This document shows positions 57,276 to 64,000 of a DNA stretch of 64,000 nt, piece after piece (the first letter of the stretch is position 1; the number at the start of each line of letters is the position of its first letter). Where the stretch lies: the sequence record LC819005.1, one strand, 5' to 3'. The notes under the pieces are model-generated. The model was not told the origin of the DNA and did no database searches. It saw nothing but the letters and a program-made list of their open reading frames with translations. Both the position numbers and the translations under genes were made by a program.

Positions 57276-57672
57276 TATTCACCTCGGTAATTGCTTTGAA
57301 CTTACCGTTAAAGTAAGTGAGCAAGCGGTTGGCGGTGTAGGTCACACCGTCCTCTGTAAAATTCAGAGCCAGTGTAATTTTTACCGTCGTTTGCGACTCA
57401 TTCGGATTGTCCAGCGCAAACTTGGCTTCCGCAATCACGTTTTCGTAATAGCGGCCGAGGTACAGCTGAATGGACCGTGCAATCTGATCGGCAGTGGTGA
57501 GCGGGTCGCCCGAATACTGTTCGATCGTGTATTGCAGGTTCGAAAGGTTACCGCGATACACATTGGACTGTTCCTGATCGGTGCTGATCCAGTTGGCGAG
57601 CAACAGGTCGATCTTGGAGGACAGTTCAGTCACCCAACCTTGGGTGGACAACGAAGGAACTGGAATGGCCAT
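57268..57672 (-). CDS. T4 gp25-like baseplate wedge-type protein (start MAIPVP)
   Basis: About 134 aa with helix IARSIQLYLGRYY followed by a beta-hairpin, the gp25-family layout. Confidence 0.55.
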   Translation of the reverse strand: MAIPVPSLSTQGWVTELSSKIDLLLANWISTDQEQSNVYRGNLSNLQYTIEQYSGDPLTTADQIARSIQLYLGRYYENVIAEAKFALDNPNESQTTVKITLALNFTEDGVTYTANRLLTYFNGKFKAITEVNNG

Positions 57673-57763
57673 GATAAAAAGAAAAAGAGTTGACATAAGA
57701 GCCCATACCATGCGCACCACCCGAAGGTAGCGCACACGGTATGGGTTAGCCTATGCCGGCTTG

Positions 57764-58066
57764 TTACAGCGACAGCGGACAGTCAAAGGTCCAGCCGAGA
57801 TCTTTGTACTGTGCTGCAAGCTGGCGACCATACGAGGACGCTTCAGCATGCGAGCCAAAATCGGCGACGGCCAAGAGGCGGCCATCCACGTGACGCACGT
57901 ACGTCGAGACGAACTCGGGATTCGTGTCGTCAATCTGCACTTCCTGTTTGCCGTTGGCGTCCTTCTCACCAACGCTGCGAACGCCGTGTACCTCGACGCC
58001 TTTGAAGTTTTCCGGAACACCAAGGATCACTTGGGACGCGTAAATCTGAGCTTCGAACGTTTGCAT
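57764..58066 (-). CDS. Small hypothetical protein (start MQTFEAQ)
   Basis: GGAAAG RBS and a terminator downstream. Confidence 0.6.
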   Translation of the reverse strand: MQTFEAQIYASQVILGVPENFKGVEVHGVRSVGEKDANGKQEVQIDDTNPEFVSTYVRHVDGRLLAVADFGSHAEASSYGRQLAAQYKDLGWTFDCPLSL

Positions 58067-58128
58067 ACTACTTTCCTTTCTGTGGTTAAGGGCATAGAGT
58101 GGCGGGTTTCCCCGCCACGCCATGATTG

Positions 58129-58749
58129 TTACAGACTTGCGCCGTATTGACTGGTCGGGTCCTGCTCGCCAGCTTCATACGCGGCTTCAGCGGCCTCGTG
58201 CGTGTCGAGAATCGCTGCGACCTTACGCAGAGTCAACATCTTGTCGCGATCGTCAGGACGGTCCGCATACAGACTGTACTGCCACGATTGAGTCTCGTGT
58301 TCCACGAACACGCCATTCATCAACTGACGATAGGCTTCTTGTTCATGGCCGACGCGACCGGGTTCCGGATCGACATAGGTATCGCTGTAACCTTCCAGCT
58401 TACCGTCGTACCACGCCTGCCGAATCACGGGGGAAGTCATCACCCAGCCCTGCATCAGACTTTGGGCTGCCTGCAGCTGCGGAATCGTCAGCAACGGCTC
58501 AATCATATCTTGTCCCATCATGGACTCCATCTGATTGAGCACAGCTTCCGCGGCAATCACCGCCGCGTCACTGTTGATTGCATCGAACATGGCCATGGAC
58601 CGTTCATAGATCCGTTTGCCATATTCCGTTCCCGCACTCGCCAGAGAATTGATCTGGTTCTGCAGATAATTCACCGTGTTACTGCTCAATGTCCCGAACA
58701 AGCCTTTCCCGAACAAGGAACCTGTTGGGGCGGCGACGAGTCGTGCCAT
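58129..58749 (-). CDS. Conserved nucleus-block protein (phiKZ gp59-like position)
   Basis: 206 aa ending QDPTSQYGASL, directly after nvRNAP beta'. Confidence 0.7.
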   Translation of the reverse strand: MARLVAAPTGSLFGKGLFGTLSSNTVNYLQNQINSLASAGTEYGKRIYERSMAMFDAINSDAAVIAAEAVLNQMESMMGQDMIEPLLTIPQLQAAQSLMQGWVMTSPVIRQAWYDGKLEGYSDTYVDPEPGRVGHEQEAYRQLMNGVFVEHETQSWQYSLYADRPDDRDKMLTLRKVAAILDTHEAAEAAYEAGEQDPTSQYGASL

Positions 58750-58789
58750 CTCTTTCCTTTATGTACCGAAATCCGAACTGCGCTTGCGA

Positions 58790-60319
58790 TCAGTGCATTT
58801 GAGCGATGGGTGGTGGCGCATCCGGCAAAGCCATCATGCGCGCCAACGCTGACTGATCAAGTTCTTCATCCGTGGTTTCCATCCAGTTGGATGTGGTGCC
58901 CACCACCGTCTTGGAATGCTCCAACGCAGACGAGATGGCTCGGATGTTGTCCAGGCTGAACGAGTTCTTGTACGGCGCCAGATTCTTGAGCGCATTGGCA
59001 ATGTAGCCGTCCAGTGCAAGCGTGAACTGGAGTGCGTCACCGTCAAAGTCGCAGTTAAGCGGCCTGACGATCAGAATCGACATCGACACCGTTTGTCCTT
59101 CGTCCGGCGCTTTCACGCGGGCGATGAACACAGCCTGAATGGAACCCCGCTTAAGCGAAGGCGGACGATTCAGCGTCGCGGCGATACCACGCGGGTCCGG
59201 TGATTCAGCGATCAACTCTTTGAAGAGGTAATCCATCAACGGATGATACGTGGTGGCGTAGCGATGCAGGAAGTCCTGTGCTTCGTTCGGCGTGAATCCC
59301 AACTTATACAGCTTGTTGGTCAAATGCAGCTGGAACACCGAAGTTGCCACACCCCACGGGATATAAATCTGCTCGTGATGATGCGGTTCGGTGATGGATG
59401 CCACCACAGCCCGGAAGCTGAAGTGACTACGCGTGGCGAACACGTGTTTCCGGAAGATCCCTTCTTTCTTCGCGAGTCGCTTACTGCACACGTAGTAGTA
59501 ATACTCGGCAAGACGCGCAACCGCACGTACTGCACGAGATTCCCGCAGCCGCAAACTGGTGGTCAGTTCGCCCTTCGACGACGGCGTATCGATGCCCGCA
59601 AGCGTGAGCACCGCATTGATCGCTTTCGGCGTGAATTCGTCGAGATACACGCCGCCAGATGTCCCGTCTTCCACCACCAACAACGACCGATGCGGAATCG
59701 GCAGATGGGAGGCAAACAGGCAATCCGGGTTTTCGTCCAGCATCTTGCGCAGGAAATCGGTCGTAACACGGCCTTTCACTCGCGACTTAAAGATGTTCAA
59801 CGAGAACAGGAATTCCTTGATCCCGCCGGGACCATCCCATTTCTCGATGAAGTTGTTCAGCCCGCGCTCGAACGGCAATTGATCCGTAATCGGCGTGAAC
59901 TTGCCCACCTGGTTCTCAGGAACACGATACTGCGTATCCGTAAGATATTGAATCAGGTTAAAAGAACCGATACTGAAGCGCTCGCTCAGCATCGTCCAGA
60001 CGATCGGATTGATCAGACCGTTGACGCCTGCTGGGGCGCGAATCCACGTAACCGTCTCCAGTTCTTCCGCCACCACCTCTCGCACTTCGGTGAAGCAGAA
60101 GGGACATGTAGTCCTTAGTCGAAATTCCCCTTTGCTCTTGCCGCACGTGCACGATGGCACGTTGGAGAGCATGTCCGGTGTATGGCGCGTATAGATCGTC
60201 TTGTGGATCATCTCCATGTTCTGCTCGGTGAACGCGGGCAGATCATTGACGATTACGGGCTCTACGGACAGGGTTCTGTGGACATAATTAAAGTCCACGA
60301 GACTCTGATGAATACCCAT
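58790..60319 (-). CDS. Non-virion RNA polymerase catalytic beta'-like subunit (phiKZ gp55-56.1-like), uninterrupted
   Basis: Zinc finger CTCG...CPFC, KKEGIFRKHV, SFRAVV, RPPSL and catalytic NCDFDGD. Confidence 0.92.
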   Translation of the reverse strand: MGIHQSLVDFNYVHRTLSVEPVIVNDLPAFTEQNMEMIHKTIYTRHTPDMLSNVPSCTCGKSKGEFRLRTTCPFCFTEVREVVAEELETVTWIRAPAGVNGLINPIVWTMLSERFSIGSFNLIQYLTDTQYRVPENQVGKFTPITDQLPFERGLNNFIEKWDGPGGIKEFLFSLNIFKSRVKGRVTTDFLRKMLDENPDCLFASHLPIPHRSLLVVEDGTSGGVYLDEFTPKAINAVLTLAGIDTPSSKGELTTSLRLRESRAVRAVARLAEYYYYVCSKRLAKKEGIFRKHVFATRSHFSFRAVVASITEPHHHEQIYIPWGVATSVFQLHLTNKLYKLGFTPNEAQDFLHRYATTYHPLMDYLFKELIAESPDPRGIAATLNRPPSLKRGSIQAVFIARVKAPDEGQTVSMSILIVRPLNCDFDGDALQFTLALDGYIANALKNLAPYKNSFSLDNIRAISSALEHSKTVVGTTSNWMETTDEELDQSALARMMALPDAPPPIAQMH

Positions 60320-60430
60320 AAGACCAGTGGTGAGTTGTGACTTGTGGAAAGAAAAAAAGAAAGCCGCCGAAGCGGCTTCCTTCTACTTCAGAACACTCGG
60401 CCGAGGATTGCTCCTCGGCTGTTGTGCTCC

Positions 60431-62539
60431 TTAGTAGTTGCCCGTGCCACCGACGTTGGTGGTGCGAGCGTGCGCGTAGCGACCGAACGAGCCGGCCGAC
60501 ACACCTGCTGCAGCGTTGCGACGCATGCCCGACGGCACGAACGAACCAGCCGAACCCAGGCCCGTCGGCAGGTTGCGCATGTACGGTGCAACCATACGTG
60601 CGGTGCCCTGCGGTGCCGAGACGCCGACCTTCGTTTCGTACACGACGCCAGCTTCCGCGACAGCGGCGGCCAGTGCGTAGATGAACGTCGGGTTGAACGT
60701 CACGCGAACCGAGCGACCGGTGATGGTCATCGATTCGAACATGCCTTGCTGGATACGACGCGTTTCCGTCAGACGGAACATCGGATCGACTTCTGCGTTG
60801 GCCTGCAGGTTCGACCAGTCGTTGATGGTGTCCAGCTCGCTGTCGCCCGTTGCGTTGAGCGTGCAGAGGTAGTCACCGTCGCGGATGTCGCGCTTGCCGC
60901 CGGCCGCGAAGTAGAAACCGTTGTTCACGTACATGTTGTCGTTGAACACCGGAGCCTTCATCTGGCCGCCGTTCGCTGCCTTGTAGATCGGCGTGAACTT
61001 GCCGCCCGTCAGCAGGTCGCTTGCGTCGAACAGGTCCTTGATGGCGTTCTGGTCACCGCGTGCAGCTGCAGCGAACACTGCCGTGATCCAGCTCGACGGA
61101 CCGCTTTCCGGCACGTCCATGGAGATGAGCAGCGGCTCCATGTGGAAGTACGTCTGGATGACGGCTGCCAGTGCTGCGTCGTTGATCTGCGCGCTGTTGA
61201 GCGGCAGACGACCGGCCTTCGGCAGTTCGCCGCCGATGTAGCCGAGCGGCATTTGCTGCGGTGCTTCCAGGCCGATTGCCGACAGGTCGCGGATGTTCAT
61301 GCCGCCTTCCTGATGGCTCGCGCCGTTCTTGTGCTGCTGAATCAACGCGCCGATCCAGCGGTTTTCGTTGTACAGCGATTGCGTCGTCGCGAGACCCTGC
61401 AGGATCACCGGCAGTTCGCACACGTCGTCCGGTGCATCGATGTTCGTGATGACCAGGCGCGGCGTGTAGATCTTCAGCTGATCAGCCGTTTGTGCCATGT
61501 TGCCCAGACCACCCAGTGCTGCGGGTGCGCTGGCCGACGACGGCGTCGACGTCAGGTCGATGTAGCCGAGGATCTGCGTGAGCAGCGTCTTCGCTTGCGA
61601 CGTGTTGTACTGGAACTCGCCGGTGTTCTGGGTTTGCTGCTTGCCCGTCAGCATCGACATTTCCAGCACGACGTCACCGCGCACCGGCTGGCCGTTCAGG
61701 TCGACGAAGTGACCCCACGACGACTTGATTTCGTTCTGGAACGTCTGTTGCGCCATTTCCGGCGTGATCGTCCACGAATCTTCGGCGACCATCGTCGCGA
61801 GCAGCACCGACGTTGCCGTCGTGGCGTTCGCGATCACGTTGCGGACTGCTTCTTCCGAGCGCAGGTCCAGGTCAGCCGGCACGACGTTCGATTCTGCGTC
61901 GATCAGCGTGTAGCCGCGGAACTTGTCCTGGATGATCTGCACAACACGGCCGCGCAGCGTCGCGTCGTATGCGTCCGCCGGAACGATCAGGCGTTCGAAC
62001 TTGATGCCGTTGCCGAATTGCGCTTCGACAGCGGTCTGGCCGCGCGCGGTTTGCGCGAGCAGCAGCGTGTGGTACGCGACGTACTTTTCAGCCGAGTTTT
62101 CCTGGCCCTTCAGCGTTGCCGCGACGACGAACGCCGAGATCAGCAGGCCTTCCTTCTCGCCGTCCAGCGCGAAGTAGTCGAACTTGACCGGCTGCTCGAC
62201 TTCGCTCTCGGCGATCTTGTCGGTCACTTCGACGATGGCGCGCATGGCCTGCGACGTAGCAGCGCGGGAGATGCCGTAGTTTTGACGGGTCGAGATCATG
62301 TTGCGGATTCCTTGCGATTGAGTATTGTTGGTGGTTTGTTGCGAAGCGGGTTGCTGGGTTTTCGGTGCGGCACCCTGCGTGCCGGTGGTCGTGCCAGCCG
62401 CGGCGGCGAAGCTCTGCTTCTTGCCGTGTTGCGCGGGCTGGTGTGCCGGTTTCGATTCAGACGTCGACGCCGATTTGTCGGCAGCCTTGTTGTCCTTGTC
62501 GTTACCGTTGCTACCGTCGTCATCGACTTCGATTGCCAT
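60431..62539 (-). CDS. chmA: Chimallin, major phage nuclear shell protein (phiKZ gp54-like)
   Basis: 702 aa immediately upstream of nvRNAP beta'. YTPRLVITN and RVTFNPTFI segments, disordered termini, and very biased codon usage suggesting high expression. Confidence 0.85.
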   Translation of the reverse strand: MAIEVDDDGSNGNDKDNKAADKSASTSESKPAHQPAQHGKKQSFAAAAGTTTGTQGAAPKTQQPASQQTTNNTQSQGIRNMISTRQNYGISRAATSQAMRAIVEVTDKIAESEVEQPVKFDYFALDGEKEGLLISAFVVAATLKGQENSAEKYVAYHTLLLAQTARGQTAVEAQFGNGIKFERLIVPADAYDATLRGRVVQIIQDKFRGYTLIDAESNVVPADLDLRSEEAVRNVIANATTATSVLLATMVAEDSWTITPEMAQQTFQNEIKSSWGHFVDLNGQPVRGDVVLEMSMLTGKQQTQNTGEFQYNTSQAKTLLTQILGYIDLTSTPSSASAPAALGGLGNMAQTADQLKIYTPRLVITNIDAPDDVCELPVILQGLATTQSLYNENRWIGALIQQHKNGASHQEGGMNIRDLSAIGLEAPQQMPLGYIGGELPKAGRLPLNSAQINDAALAAVIQTYFHMEPLLISMDVPESGPSSWITAVFAAAARGDQNAIKDLFDASDLLTGGKFTPIYKAANGGQMKAPVFNDNMYVNNGFYFAAGGKRDIRDGDYLCTLNATGDSELDTINDWSNLQANAEVDPMFRLTETRRIQQGMFESMTITGRSVRVTFNPTFIYALAAAVAEAGVVYETKVGVSAPQGTARMVAPYMRNLPTGLGSAGSFVPSGMRRNAAAGVSAGSFGRYAHARTTNVGGTGNY

Positions 62540-62621
62540 GATGCTGTTCCTTTACTAATGATGGTTAGATAAACAGGCTCTGCAGAGCTGTCTTGGAGCA
62601 TAGCGCACTGATACTCCAAGA

Positions 62622-62631
62622 TAGTAATATG
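62622..62631 (-). promoter_or_regulatory. Early promoter motif CATATTACTA upstream of chmA
   Basis: Exact 10-mer repeated three times upstream of nucleus-block genes. Contains the phiKZ early consensus TATTAC. Confidence 0.7.
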
Positions 62632-62886
62632 AGACTCAAAAATCTTTGAATCCAATTCCATCAGGTAGACAGCGTATGCCGAGGTGCCGCGACATCATAG
62701 TCGCGGGCAGAAGAGTGCACTTTGGCGGATTCTCTTCTACATAAAGATATATGGTGGTAAATTTTAACCTTTGTTCTTATTCTCCGTATGAAACACGGGT
62801 GAGCCACCCAATCTTGTAGACAAATTCAGCGGGACTCCCACTCTCAGAGGCCCAGCACCCAGAACTCACTATAGTCAGATCTAGCT

Positions 62887-63966
62887 ATGCAAAGCCTCTT
62901 TCGTCTTGAGCCCGATACCAATACGGGAAGTATTGAATTGCGGCAATGGCGGTACGCCAGTGATGGCTTGCTTCAGAACGTCGACAAAGTCGAGCAGTTC
63001 TACCGCGATTACCCCATCGCCGTTTCTGGCTCCCACCTTCTGGTACGCTTAATCCAGACGGTCAACGTGAGCCGCACACTCCCCTTCGATCGATATATCG
63101 CTAACTGCAGCGCTCGGTCATTGAATGTTGCACAGGCGTTAAAAATCACTTCAGCCCTAGGTAAGGGTCAGATGTGGGATGGCGTCTTCTATGGTGGTGC
63201 GCAGGAGATCATCCTCGCCCACGACACGTATTTCAACCTGCAAGACGCGTACGCCAACTGGAAAGACCTGCAACCCATCACGGTTTTGCTGCATCCCGAG
63301 TCGAATACGAATCTGCTGATCCCCGACGGTCGCAAGAACTCGCTCGATACGGGTGTGGCGGTCATTGCGGTGAACGTGCCGATGCTGATGGCCCAGTATT
63401 ACCGTTTTAATCAGGAACAGGACCAGAACGAACTGAACGGTAACCCTCGCCGGACACTGTATCAGTTCATCCACAGCTATCCGCTGACGAATATGATCCG
63501 CACCCAGCTGGATAGCGCGTGTTTCAACCGTCTGTATAACCGTACGACGGGTACGCCGAACGTGGATGCGATTCGCAAGCACAGTTTCTTCCTGATTGAC
63601 TACGATCAGGCGCTGGATACGACGGCAGAACAACAACTGGCGTGGCTGCGTCAGCAAAAACGGCGTTTCCCAGGCTTGATGGCAGCGACCAAACTGCCAA
63701 TCTGTGGTGATTTATGGGAATTCTCGCGTATGCCGACAGTTCCCTACACACTGCAGGTGTTTTGGGCCCTGACTGTTGCGCGGATGAAGGAAGTAGCGTT
63801 CATGTGTTTGGCTATGAAGGACATCGAAGCCAGCAACAAGCGGGAACTGGACACGATTCGTTGGTTGATGAAGTTGCATCAGACCAAACAAGTGGTCAAG
63901 AACTCGATGGGCATGGAAGCGTGGTTCAATGTAGCACCTTACTTCGACATCGTCGGCATTGAGTGA
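62887..63966 (+). CDS. Conserved virion protein divergent from chmA (phiKZ gp52/53-like position)
   Basis: 359 aa. IAVNVPMLMAQY and FIHSYPLTNM. Terminator downstream. Confidence 0.65.
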   Translation: MQSLFRLEPDTNTGSIELRQWRYASDGLLQNVDKVEQFYRDYPIAVSGSHLLVRLIQTVNVSRTLPFDRYIANCSARSLNVAQALKITSALGKGQMWDGVFYGGAQEIILAHDTYFNLQDAYANWKDLQPITVLLHPESNTNLLIPDGRKNSLDTGVAVIAVNVPMLMAQYYRFNQEQDQNELNGNPRRTLYQFIHSYPLTNMIRTQLDSACFNRLYNRTTGTPNVDAIRKHSFFLIDYDQALDTTAEQQLAWLRQQKRRFPGLMAATKLPICGDLWEFSRMPTVPYTLQVFWALTVARMKEVAFMCLAMKDIEASNKRELDTIRWLMKLHQTKQVVKNSMGMEAWFNVAPYFDIVGIE

Positions 63967-63968
63967 CG

Positions 63969-64000
63969 GCATAAAAGCGAGAGCGGGCATTTCGCCCGCT
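63969..64000. terminator. Terminator, truncated by the window end
   Basis: GCATAAAA flank then the AGCGGGC/GCCCGCT stem. Confidence 0.65.

Noticed and set aside
41238-62572. Long antisense ORFs such as 47715-51290 (1191 aa), 60344-62572 and 43596-44753
   Set aside because: Same shadow effect opposite well-supported core genes.
1-64000. CRISPR arrays, IS elements, integrase, introns, inteins or homing endonucleases
   Set aside because: I saw no regularly spaced repeats, transposase motifs, intein motifs or split RNAP genes.

Overview
This 64 kb window is a gene-dense segment of a nucleus-forming jumbo phage genome (phiKZ-like, Chimalliviridae). It is GC-rich, and codon style suggests a betaproteobacterial host such as Burkholderia or Ralstonia (inference). 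From left to right it holds: a tandem array of paralogous internal-head proteins carrying A/S/G-x-E prohead-protease sites (1-8.7 kb); phiKZ gp84-gp91-like virion and baseplate genes with a second head-protein cluster (8.8-21.7 kb); the exonuclease/motif-A half of a split family B DNA polymerase; an accessory cluster of LamG and Gly-rich virion proteins plus a GNAT; a putative tail or baseplate chaperone pair joined by a probable -1 frameshift; a virion RNAP beta' subunit; an RNA-ligase-like gene, a tRNA-like RNA and a small P-loop gene; an endolysin, an SF2 helicase, a PTP-like phosphatase and a histone-like protein; and the conserved phage-nucleus block (nvRNAP beta'/beta subunits, PicA-like, gp68 sigma-like subunit, ChmC-like, SbcD, nvRNAP catalytic beta', chimallin ChmA). 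The strongest new-looking signals are the T TTT TTT frameshift at 27862-27868, two ORF-poor structured-RNA candidates (about 27.0-27.36 kb and 33.5-33.8 kb), and a recurring hairpin-plus-TTATG element. phiKZ gp numbers come from remembered motifs and synteny, not from a database search.
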